DNA of 63,930 nucleotides, the filler included, from Blastocystis sp. subtype 4 (Eukaryota), in NCBI RefSeq assembly GCF_000743755.1. It is 3 parts of 3 records of this genome, joined end to end, with 100 filler letters (N's around TTAATTAATTAA, not from the genome) between each part and the next. Parts side by side here need not be neighbours in the genome. Positions count along the whole stretch, not along the records: positions 24,687 to 49,013 come from NW_014569387.1; 2 more parts are not named here. One strand, 5' to 3'. Position 1 is the stretch's first letter; every line of letters begins with the position of its first letter. The translations under genes and the position numbers were made by a program. The notes under the pieces are model-generated. The model was not told the DNA's origin, did not search any database, and was given only the letters and a program-made list of their open reading frames with translations. Of this stretch, positions 26,579 through 40,395 are shown piece by piece.

Positions 26579-28028
26579 ATGACAAAACCTTTAGCTGTGC
26601 TCTATTGGTTCTATTTGTTCATCTATAGACCGCAGCCAACTTAGTGAAGGTTTGTTTAGGAATTAGCATTCTTGCAATTCCTAACGTTACTTTTAATGTA
26701 CTATGTATCTGTAGGATCTTATGAACAGGGAGGATATGTCCCGATGGCCGTCCTGACACTAATTATTTCAATTTGGAATGCGTTTGCAACGCAACGTGTT
26801 GTGGATGTCATTCCATATTTAACAAAGCCTGTCACTGAGAAAGACGATCCTTTAATGTTTATGATGGAAGAAGTAAGAATGCAGATGGGAGTTAAGCGGA
26901 TAGGCTTTGGGAGTCACTGGAGTTGTGATCCTCGACTTCTGTTATTTGGTTACTTTAGTTGGAGGTGGTTTAGTGGCTTATGAAGTAACTTGCTGGTGGA
27001 TGATATTATTGTTTAGATTGTGTTTAATACTCTTTTATCGGGTCTTCCATGGCAGCAATGGGGATTTGCTCTGGGTTCAAGCAAATTGTTCTGGGGCATC
27101 GTCTATTTTGTGATTGTAACTCCTCTTTCCCTCCTTCGTGATCTTTCGTATGGTTTATTGTAACAATTTGATATAGTTCCATGTCATTTATGTCAATCGG
27201 TGGTCTTATCGCCCTGTTATCTTCGATTATTCTGTATGTAATCTTTGGAGGAATGCATTACAAAATCCATTTCGAGACTTCCTTCCTGTGGCCAAGGAGC
27301 ATTAAGGATTTTGCACAAATGTTCGGAGTTTGTTGTCTGTGCTTTGCTGTTCCATTCTACGGAACTTCATCACAACGATCAATGGATGATAAGGAGAAGT
27401 TCCCTGCAGTATTGTATGGTTCACTTCTGTTCAGTGGTTTCTTCTATATTATAGTTGGTGTTGGTTGTTCACTCTTGTACAATCAACGTATGAATTGAAT
27501 AAGAGAATGAGGTATAGAAGGGATTGCAGATATCTTCATTGAGAATATCCCTCACTCATCTCCATTCTATATAACTGCTGCTTGTCTGCTTGCATTAAAT
27601 TCAATCTTCTCCTATCCAATTATTGCTTATCCTCCTGTGTTATGTATTGAGAATATGTTCCGTGATGGTCCTTATGAGGATGAGGTATAATTAATAGAGA
27701 CTAACGAAGATAAAGTCTTTGTGAAGTCATGGAAGAAATGGATTGTAAGAATCACTGTATTGGTGTTTGTTGTGGTGGTTGGTACTTTCTTCCCTCGGTT
27801 TAAGGACATTATCTCATTTGATATCCTTTCATTTGATGAAGATATAGTTCATTAACAATACTTGGTAGTTTTGCAGTGACATTTGGTTGTTTTGCTCTCC
27901 CTTCGTTCTTACATTGGAAGCTGATTCCAGGTTTGTCAACAGCTCAGAAGGTCCTGGATTGGACTCTTGTTGCCATTGGTCTTATTCTGATGGTGGTTAC
28001 CACTGCTCTTAGTTTCATTCATTTCTAA
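26579..28028 (+). CDS. Amino acid/auxin permease (AAAP, SLC36/38-like) transporter
   Basis: NLVKVCLGI, TPLSLLRDL, FGVCCLCF, SMDDKEKF, IFSYP, IISFVGS...FALP; multiple TM segments. Confidence 0.85.
27821..27861 (+). other. U12-type AT-AC intron (41 nt) in the amino-acid transporter
   Basis: ATATCCTT 5' site, TTCATTAAC branch-like site, AC end. Removal gives KDIISFVGSFAVTFGCFALP. Confidence 0.88.
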
Positions 28029-28053
28029 TTCATTTCTTTGTTACAAACATATG

Positions 28054-31011
28054 AAAGTTCTTCAATGATAGGTTGACGAGAAGAGAGAAGTGTTAAACAA
28101 GAGTTCGCATGTCCTTTTACAATATCATCTACATCATGTGTTGCTTGTTGAAGGATATGATGAAGTGTATTCAATTGCTTATCAAGAATTGAATCCAATG
28201 CTTCATCTGCTCCTACTAGAATTGCATACAGAAGATACACAGCAGCTCGTCGTACAATAACAGCATCGTTCTCCTTCTCAAATAGCAACACACCTCGACA
28301 GTGACTGAGTAGTTCAGGTAAATACGATTCCATGGAATACTTGATCTGACTCACAATCTCAGCAACTGAAGAAAAACATGCAGCACGCAATGCCTGAATC
28401 GAAAACACTTCATCTTCAGCTGTTGCCTTGTGTTCCTTCTTCTTTTCTACAGTCTTCCATGTGAGTTGATTAGAAGGAGCCATATACCCCAAAAATGCGT
28501 TCATCAGAACTGTTGTGTACTTCACACTGGCTCGACCTAAGAAATGGACAGTAGATACAATCGCTTCACTCATCTTTAATCGGAGATCCAGAGGTGCCAG
28601 TGGATTGGAAAAGACGGTCAATAATAAAGGAAGAACTTCATTTCCACAACGTGAAGCTACGACCGTCAGTCCACTGACAGCAGCTAAATAGACATATGAA
28701 TCCTCATCATTTAGGGCCTTCTTAAAAACTGACACGACTTCTGGAAGGGCTGTTTTCAGGGTATTTTCATCACAATCCCGAATGACCCGTTCTAGACGAG
28801 AGAGTGCATAGGATCTCAACGGTTCTAAAGGGTTCCTTAATTCGCGTGTAAGTGTTTGAAGGAGTCGAGTCACATCTTCTGATTTCCATTCTCGTTCTGG
28901 TTCTGATTCTCGTTCTGGTTCTGCATCTGTGAGCTCAACACCAAGCTTCTGTGTAAGTTCTTTTGCGATACTTTGAATGCTCTGAACAATAAAATGAAGA
29001 CTCTCCCATTCTTCTGTTGCTGTCATCAGTTTCACTACATCTGACTGAAGAAGATTGGATTCAATCAACAGACTCCGCTTATATACAAGTTCTTCCTCCT
29101 TTTCGATTTGATGAGCTGTGTGATGCCTTCGAGGTCGAATATGATCCATCTCCACAACTTTCGGGATTGGAATATGATCTGTCGTCAGTACTGCTTGAAG
29201 GAGATCTAAGAATGATTCGATAAATCAGATCCAACCTCGGCAAAGCGATAGCAGTTCAATCATACTCTCTTCTGAAAGTTGAGTTGCTGAATCTGGTTGA
29301 AATTGAGCCAATTCTGTCAAAAGAACGTGTCGAATACTTCGTAGACCTTTCAACAGATTGTCTCCAAAGAGATCTGCTTGATTTGACGCAAGAATCTGAA
29401 GTAACACTGTAGCAACTCGAGTTTGATGTTGTTCCATCACTTGGATATTGGAATTCATCTTAAACTGGAAGAAATACTAGTGATAATGGAACCCGAATGA
29501 AGCTACATCCAGGAGTTCGATGAAGAGGTCACTTAGCCATCGTGTCTCTCCATTAATCACCCAGAGACTTACAACAGCTTCGGCTTCCCTCACCCAGTTC
29601 TCGCGTTCAGAGAGGACAAGAGTCCATGCGTTGTCCTCCTCAGATTCCACAGATCTTACGATCACAGCTCCTTCCGAATTCAGGGCAAACCGTAGAGGAA
29701 GTGGCTCCAATCCTTCTCCTTGAACAATAAGAAGGAATGAATGGATAGCTAAGGGGGAAGACCGAATGAAGAGTTTGATGATCTTATTCAGATATTGGGA
29801 AAGCATATGCTTCACCGAACGAACAAACACAAACAAATGGAAAAGAACAGGAACAAACACACTTAATGAATTAACGATCGATAGGAGAGTTGTTGAAGAC
29901 TGCAGAATTCGAGTAAGACTCTGAATTGATTCTTCAATCGATCGATGATCACCAGCTTGAAAACGGAGATTCGAATAGAATGGTTGATGAACAAGTCGCA
30001 ATAAAGGACCTAATAACCGTGTATATATGTTTTGATACACAACAATAGGATCCTTTCGCAATAAAATATCAATGATATGAATACAAGTAGTGACGATAAA
30101 TTGATTGGATGATGGATCCTCAATCAAGGAACAAATCTGAAAACTAATACTGCTCATATATATATCATGATCCAGACCTGATGGACAACTTGCTATGCCT
30201 CGTGCCACTTTTGTGATGGCCTATTCCATGATACTCCTTCAATGATGCTAACAACAATATCACCTCCATCTACATACGATAGAAGGGTTGCAATCACTCC
30301 TTGCACTCCTCCCTTCATCATCGTGATTCGACCCATGAGTCGATTTAGTCCACGATTCAATACCAGATTCTTATTACGTGTCTATAGATAAGAAGTACAA
30401 TAGGATCCAACTTCACGCTGAACAGATAATACCGATGTGATAAGTAATACAAACGAATAGTTACTCATATGGTTGTAGAAATAATCAACGAGATCTTTAT
30501 CTCCATTTCCTTCTTCTTCAATCGTCAAAATGTATTGGATGAAGTATGAAAGAGAATAGGCAATCCCAGCAATTTCATAATCTTCGATTGTTCCTACACG
30601 CAGTGAAATCACCACAATTCGTTTCAGTGTTTCTTCATCAACATACTCTCGAAAATGCAAATAACCTTTTCGGAGACACTCTTCTGACACTGGTAAGGTG
30701 GAAGTGAACGAATCCCATGGCACATCGGAGTCTACTGGATAGATCCTTGACCCAATAATCCAAAGCACATTGTACAACATGCAATTTCGAATCAGCAAAC
30801 AATGGCCCAAATTAACCGTCATGGAAGGATTGGAACAATCATGATTCGACGAATAATGATCTAAAACAACTTCCAAGTTTAGGTTCATCTGATATAAACG
30901 TTCACTAGCTTGTTGATACTCTCCTCCAAGAATGAGCGTTTCTAGGGATTCCATGTCTGTTTTCATTTCGGAGAAGAGTTGGACTTCTTCTGCATTGCAT
31001 CCATCACTCAT
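28054..31011 (-). CDS. TANGO6: TANGO6/RTP1-like HEAT/ARM protein; stop completed by poly(A)
   Basis: LRNPLEPLRSYAL..L, ALNDEDSYVYLAAVSGL, RLKMSEA, LRAACFS, VRRAAV, DVDDIVKGHA. TGTTTGTA lies 4 nt after the in-frame T at 28054. Confidence 0.78.
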
Positions 31012-31073
31012 TTCCGAAAGATCACAAGGAATCAGTAGTTGGATAATGGAGTGTAAACTTCTGCAAATAATGT

Positions 31074-31476
31074 ATGCGGTCCATTAAACGAATACCATCT
31101 TCATTTGATTCTTATGGAGGAATCATCATCGAAGAAACAAGACTGGAAATCATTCCGTTTGATATGAAATTAGATTTCATTATAGAGTTTCCAAAGAATA
31201 TGACTGTACAAGGTCGAGGAGTTCGATTAGTGGTTGGAACGTAGGAACTGAATACAATATAGCTGATTTCATCTAGTGGCTGCTTTACGTTTGGTTTTCT
31301 AAAGAGAGGACCAGTGATGCTGTTTCTTGGGATTACCGAATTGCTCTCGGCAGCTACAGCATATTCTCCAATGTTCGAACAACTTTTTTTCTTCATGTGT
31401 AGATATGATGCTTATCACTTATACAAAGTAAAGAAAGGAATTGAAGATACTACAGCTTCTCAAGAAAAGGAGGAAT
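31074..31476 (+). CDS. Small membrane protein, DUF2892/YgaP-like; stop completed by poly(A)
   Basis: KNMTVQGRGVRLVVG...LFLGITELLSAATAYSPIY resembles the KN....R..R..G...L..G..G.CP.Y pattern. TGTTTGTT at 31481. Confidence 0.45.
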
Positions 31477-31654
31477 GTGTTGTTTGTTCAAAAGGACGCT
31501 GTTGATTAGCAGTCTCTAGGTTTTTCGTTATTGTGTTAGCATTGCTTTGTACGTGACTCGTATGGGCAATTACCATAAACAAATAGCTACACAGCAATAG
31601 GATCCCCAGAATAATGCCCCCCAAACTTCTGTCTCAAAACACAATTGTTTAGAA

Positions 31655-33189
31655 ATGCGGAAAGAAACTGCTATTGCTTGTAGTTGAGTCGTTTGGGATG
31701 TAAACCACAGGCTTAGTCAACTTATTTGGAGGAGCTATCTTCGGATACAACATTGGTGTGGTCTCTGGACTGACGAAACCACTAATTGAGTGTACATTAT
31801 TTGATGAGTCTCAGCACGTCCCTGTTTCACTCTATCAAGTAATGAGCACTGGTGTGTTGTTCATTCGAAGGGATTGTTCACATCCACAATTCTTGTATTT
31901 GCCACAATTGGTTCTCCTCTAGGTGTTTGGATGTCCAAGAAATGGGGAATGAAAACCGTTGTTCTTGTATTGAATTCTAATTTCTAGTCTTTGATTACAG
32001 CTGGTATTATTGCCACTGTTTTTTCGATAATGGCTATTCTCGTGTCCAACTTCTGGTGGGTTCTCACCTGGAGAGCCATTCTTGGACTGAGTCTCGGATT
32101 CTGTTCTGCTGTTTGTCCCATCTATAGTAGTGCGATTGTTGATGACAGTGTTAAGGGTATATTACTTGTCTTTTCTGTTATTGTAGGTCGTGTTGCTTCT
32201 ACTCTCCAGCTCTTTATCACCTTCTTCATTCTCATTGGTGAAGTCTTTAATTACTTGTTCGTTCCTTCTTTTGATTCTGAAAAGTGCGTTCCTCTCACTC
32301 CACTCAGTTGGAAAATGCAAATCGGCTTCTCTGCTGTCTTTGGTGTCTGTTTGATCATCACTCTTCTATTTGGACCGAATCCTAAGCGTATGACAGATTA
32401 CTGGTTCTAAACTATAGCTGGTACAAAGAAGGTTGCTTCCTCTCTGTCTCTCTCTGGACAGGAGTACTTCTAAAATGATGTCTTGATGAGTAGAACAATG
32501 GTGAATGGACAGATCGTAAAGAACTCTCTGTTCAGTCTTAAGGTATATTTCAATATCTTCATTCATTCTAGAACATTCGTTGGCTCTTCTTGGCAATCAT
32601 GTTAGCTGTGATGAATCAGTTCACAGGTGTTAATGGTGTGATGTACTATGCTTCTCAGATTCTTGCAGGTGCTGGTGTTAAGAATGTCATTATTGTGTTC
32701 TCCTTATCATATTTAGCCCCTTCTCGTTCAGTTATTTGCTGTGGGTCTTTGGAATATGCTTACTGTCTTCATCTTTATGGCAATTGTGGATAAAATGTCT
32801 CGTCGTGCCATCTTCATGTTAGCTCTTAGTATCATGCTGGTTGGCTCAATTGTACTCATCTTCAGGTAATCTTGATTTATCTCTCCGAGTATAGTTTCCT
32901 TGTTAAGGGGTCATCAGTAATTGCTATTATTGGTATGTTGCTGTTTATTCTTGGCTTTGAGAGTGGTCCTGGTCCTCTCTTCTTTGTCATGGCTTCTCAA
33001 GACTTCCCTTCCGATCTTGTTGATCAGGGTACTTCTGTTGCGAATATTCTGATGTGGTCTTTCAATATCTTGATTGCCTTCTTCTTCCCTCTGATTACTG
33101 ATTTCCTTGGAGGTGCTGTGACATTCATTATTCTTGGAGTATTCCAGATTCTATGTATGATCTATTTTGGGGTATCTATGAGAAAGTAG
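31655..33189 (+). CDS. MFS sugar porter
   Basis: GGAIFGYNIGVVSG, RAILGL..G..SAVCPIY, NQFTGVNGVMYYA, VDKMSRR, GFESGPGP, ANILMW. Confidence 0.92.
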
Positions 33190-33326
33190 TAGAGATTGAA
33201 GGAATTGATAACAATGTAGACGTGCGGCTGACCAGAAGCTCACTAATGAGATTGTAGCCCTTAGTGCAAGTCATGAAAACTTGCAATCTCTCGTTCAGTT
33301 GTCTGTTTGTTGATAATAAAAGAAAT

Positions 33327-33399
33327 CTCCGAAGCGGGGAATCGAACCCCGGTCGTCCGCGTGACAGGCGGAAATACTTAACCACTATACTACTTCGGA
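33327..33399 (-). tRNA. tRNA-Asp(GTC)
   Basis: Reverse complement TCCGAAGTAGTATAGTGGTTAAGTATTTCCGCCTGTCACGCGGACGACCGGGGTTCGATTCCCCGCTTCGGAG folds as a cloverleaf with anticodon GTC. Confidence 0.96.
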
Positions 33400-33463
33400 T
33401 TCATCATAATCTTCCAATATACATATTTAATACACCGATTGAGTAGGAAATCAAATCATCAAA

Positions 33464-34699
33464 ATGGAGATCGAAGAGACGTAAGATTGATTATTTTGTA
33501 TTTATATTCATATAGAAAACAATCAAATTCCAATATTGTAGATTCTGGGAAAGGAGAGCTTAATGAGTCCCTTCCCTGGGTTGAGAAGTATCGTCCCTCG
33601 GATCTCGATAATATCATTTCACAAAATGACATTATTTCTACAAGTGGTTTTATCAGAGTGAACTTGAGCAATAGTTAAGCAATTCATTGATGGTAAGAAA
33701 CTACCACATCTTCTCTTCTATGGACCTCCGGGAACAGGTAAAACTACGACTATCATGGCCTGCGCCAAACTCTTATACGGAAGTAGTCATTCGAATATGA
33801 TTCTAGAAGTGGGTAATTTTCTGAAATGATGATAGCTAGTTGAATGCTTCGGATGATCGTGGTATTGATGTAGTGCGAGACCAGATCAAGAACTTTGCAG
33901 GAACTCAAAAGCTCTTTAGCAATGGAATCAAATTGATTATTCTGGATGAAGCAGATAATATGACGAATGCTGCCCAGTTTGCTCTTAGACGAAGTATATG
34001 TTCCTATTATATTTGCTATTGTAGTTATCGAAAGATACAGCCAAAATACCCGATTCTGCCTAATTTGCAACTATGTGTCTGAGATCATTCCTGCTTTACA
34101 ATCTCGTTGCACACGCTTCCGATTCCAGCCTTTAGACTCGAATTTGATCAAGGAACGACTAATGTATATCATTCAGCAAGAACAGTAGAATGTGTGTTGA
34201 AGTAGTAAAATAGGTTGGAGTACACAACTGACGGTGTTGATGCTCTTTTGGATCTGGCTCATGGTGACATGCGTCGTGTGATTAACATCTTACAAGTTGG
34301 TGTGCTTGTTGTGATTGATGATAGGCAACAGCAATGGCTTATGGAACTATTACTGGAGAACACGTATATCAGAGTGCAGGAGCCCCTTCTCCTGGAGACA
34401 TGGAATTCGTTCTAAAGACTCTGATGAACAAACCATTTACAGAAGCACTTCAGCAGGTACAGAATATAAAGGAGACTAAACGATTTGCATTACAGGATAT
34501 TCTGACAGAGTTGGTCAAGAGGCTCCAAGAAATCCAGTTTCCTCCTTCAGCACAGATCATGCTATATAAGGAGTTGGCAGAATTGGAGTAGCATGAAGAT
34601 GTGAATTTTACTGTAGATATCGTTTGTCGTTTGGAACTCAGGATGACCTGCAAATGACCTCTCTTGTTAGTATCTTTATTAAATTACGAGGAATGATGT
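33464..34699 (+). CDS. RFC5: Replication factor C small subunit (human RFC5 / yeast Rfc3); stop completed by poly(A)
   Basis: [70 protein letters not shown] at 34704. Confidence 0.94.
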
Positions 34700-34782
34700 A
34701 TTCTGTTTGTTGACAAATTCGGGTTGTTTTTTGTCATTGTTCGAGATTTCAAAAACAATAAGCATTTTCTTTGGGATATCTC

Positions 34783-37407
<2,625 letters not shown>

Positions 37408-37510
37408 CTTTTGAGTAGATTCCTGTTTGTTCGAGTAATGAGGACATGTAATTATCATTGAATAACCGCGATTTTCATTTAAAGACTCAAAATCGATAAA
37501 CAATCATTCT

Positions 37511-37919
37511 ATGAGCAGCAGTGTTGTAGGATTGAACTCTATAGAATTGGATAACTTCATAGATTAAGGAATTGGTGAATCCAAAGCCCTTCTTGAACGA
37601 GATGACGGGAAAGCTCGTTTGTATTAAACTGAAATGGGGATTGGAATATCAGGGTTTGGGATTTGGGATTGGGATGAATTGTAGGGTATTTGGTTTCATA
37701 TGATGCTTACATGAATCTTCAGGTAATGCAAATTGAATTGCAGTCATTCCTAGCTTGCTGGATGTGATGAACTGGTTGATGGAAAGAGTACTGCTCATCT
37801 CGGCGATGTTTTGATCCGGTTCGTTATTCGACTGCTTTTTAATTTGTAGATGCAACAATGTTCTATATATCCGTGCTGTTCCTGAAAATGAGGAGAATAA
37901 GGAGATGGAAGCTGAATAG
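37511..37919 (+). CDS. SNRPF: Small nuclear ribonucleoprotein SmF (not in ORF track; 4 introns)
   Basis: Spliced: [69 protein letters not shown]. Confidence 0.95.
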
Positions 37920-38013
37920 CTGTAAATGTTTCTTATTTTCACCTGTTTGTTGAGATCATGTTTCTGTAGTCCAAATGATTCGAATTACGCATTTCTGTTG
38001 GTCTAGAAATCAA

Positions 38014-38596
38014 ATGGCATCCAGAAGTGAGTCCCGATCAATGTAGGAATCTGATTTTATGGTAATAAGTAAGTAGATCCAGACGGCGTTCTGAGAGTCG
38101 GAGGTCTGATAGTCGATCACGTTCTAGAGGAAGTGATCGTAAATCCAAATCACATTCAAGACATTGTAAGTTATGTTACAGCATTTTTAGTCGTGTAGCT
38201 CGGAGTAGGGGTGAAAAGCGTCAACATCAATCGAATCACAGAAGGAGTCATGTAGAATTGTCTTTCAGAGTGTTTTTATTTCATAGTCATCTTCAAGAGA
38301 CCGTAGACCAAGTCGAGAACATCGTGATTGTTTGTTTATTACTTTAAGATGACTCTGTAGATAGAAATCACAACCGTGAATACGGTAGAAGACGTAACGA
38401 CCATGTGGATAATCGCAGGCCTTACGGTGGAAATCAACGAAATGGGCGATACAACAACAGGAACAGACAACAGGAAGTAGATTGGAATCATGATGCCTTT
38501 GAGAAGGCAAATGCAACACTTGATGAAGAACGTGAAGCCTATCGAGAGAAGCTGAGAAACGAAGTTGCTCGTCGACTAAAAGAACAGAGACTTTGA
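38014..38596 (+). CDS. Small Arg/Ser-rich hypothetical protein
   Basis: RS/RD-rich micro-exons and final exon ...DWNHDAFEK...RLKEQRL*, followed by TGTTTGTA. Confidence 0.55.
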
Positions 38597-38806
38597 TGCA
38601 TGTGTTTGTACATACTTTGACATAAATGTTTGTTTGAATGGTAGTTGGCTATATACTCTTGTATTGTCTGTTTGATGGATATAGACTCATAAAAGATGCA
38701 TTTAGATTCTAGGAGGGGTGTTTTAAGATCCTGTAATTCTTTCTAGCTTTGAATCAATTGACCCCCTCACCAAGTTTTCTCAATTATTCTTGTTCTAACC
38801 ATCTCT

Positions 38807-40333
38807 ATGAGTGCTTCTCCTGAAGAATACGTTCCCCAACGCCCCAAGTATCAAAATCCTTTGGTTGATAGGTAATCTGTATATCATTTGATCAACAACA
38901 GATATGCTTCCAAGGAAATGAGTTATATCTGGTCACCAGACATGAAGTTCTCCACCTGGAGAAAGTTGTGGATTGCTCTTGCAACGGCTGAAAAGGAGCT
39001 TGGCTTAAACATCACGGAGGAGCAGATTAACGAAATGAAGCAGCATGTCTATGACATTAACTACGAGTTTGCTGAGGCGAAAGAGAAGGAACTTCGTCAT
39101 GATGTGATGAGTCATGTTCATGCCTTTGGTGAACTTTGTCCGACTGCTATGCCTATTATTCATCTTGGTGCCACTTCCTGTTACGTTGGTGACAACACGG
39201 ATCTCATCCAGATTCGTGAGGCCACAGAACTCATTCTGGCCAAGTTGGTCCGTGTGATTGATGCTCTGCGTAGCTTCTCGGATAAGTATAAGGATCTTCC
39301 TACTCTCGGCTTCACTCATTATCAGCCTGCTCAGCTGGTTACTGTTGGCAAGCGTGCAACACTCTGGAATCAAGATCTGGTGATTGATCTCCGCAACCTG
39401 GAATACCAGTTGGAGAATATTCCATTCCGAGGTGTGAAGGGAACCACTGGTACACAAGCTTCTTTCATGGAGCTGTTCAATGGTGATGAGGAGAAGGTAG
39501 TTGCACTTGACAAGCGTGTATGTGAGTTGATGGGTTTCAAGGAGTCTATTCCTGTAAGTGGTCAGACTTATACTCGAAAGGCTGATTATTATGTCCTTAC
39601 TGTTTTGTCGGGTATTGCTGCTTCTCTCTATAAGATGGCTGGCGATATTCGTCTGTTGGCTAATTTGAAGGAGATGGAAGAGCCATTTGGAAAGAATCAA
39701 ATTGGTTCTTCAGCCATGGCATACAAACGTAATCCGATGCGTTGTGAGCGTATTTGTTCATTGGCTCGTTATGTGATGGGATTGGCTGACAATCTCTCTC
39801 AGACCCATGCCTGTCAGTGGTTCGAGCGTACATTGGATGATAGTGCCATTCGTCGTATTGTGCTTCCTGAAGCCTTCCTTGCAACAGATATCATTCTGAC
39901 AGTCGCTCTGGATGTCACTAGTGGTATGATTGTGTGGCCAAAGGTGATCGAGAGTCATGTGAAAGAACAGTTGCCGTTTATGGCTACAGAAAACATCTTG
40001 ATGGAGTGTGTGAAGGCTGGTGGTGATCGTCAGCAGCTTCATGAAGCGATTCGTGTACATAGCATGGAGGCTGCTCGTGTCTTTAAACAGGAAGGTATTC
40101 CGTTTGATTTATTGGAGGTAATGATTTGAAAGAGGAATAATATTTAGCGTATTCGTAAGGATCCGTTGTTTGCTGCAGTTCATGATCGTTTGGATACGAT
40201 TGTGGATCCTATTGCGTTCATTGGACGTGCTCCTCATCAGGTTGATTCCTTCAACCAGAATGTGGTGGATCCTATTCTTACGAAGTATCATCATTGTTTG
40301 GAAGAGAAGCATAATGATACTGTGAATGTTTAA
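38807..40333 (+). CDS. ADSL: Adenylosuccinate lyase
   Basis: [66 protein letters not shown]. Confidence 0.97.
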
Positions 40334-40395
40334 TGCTTTTATGAGTTGTTTGTGAATAAGAGATGTATCATTAGAGTCACTAATCAATAAACACA

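Noticed and set aside
26278..26644. ORF-track proteins with (MF)n and (MN)n repeats
   Set aside because: Wrong-frame or antisense readings of the (CATGAA)7 repeat, which encodes His-Glu in the CDF frame
37649..37942. Minus ORF ending IPIPNPKP, and telomere-like GGGTTT/GGGATT repeats
   Set aside because: The ORF is antisense to SmF, and the G-rich stretch is a 31-nt intron rather than a telomeric array
39005..39700. Long antisense ORFs opposite ADSL (also opposite RPF1, MCM6, eIF4G and HYOU1)
   Set aside because: Shadow ORFs arising from codon bias of conserved genes, with no motifs of their own
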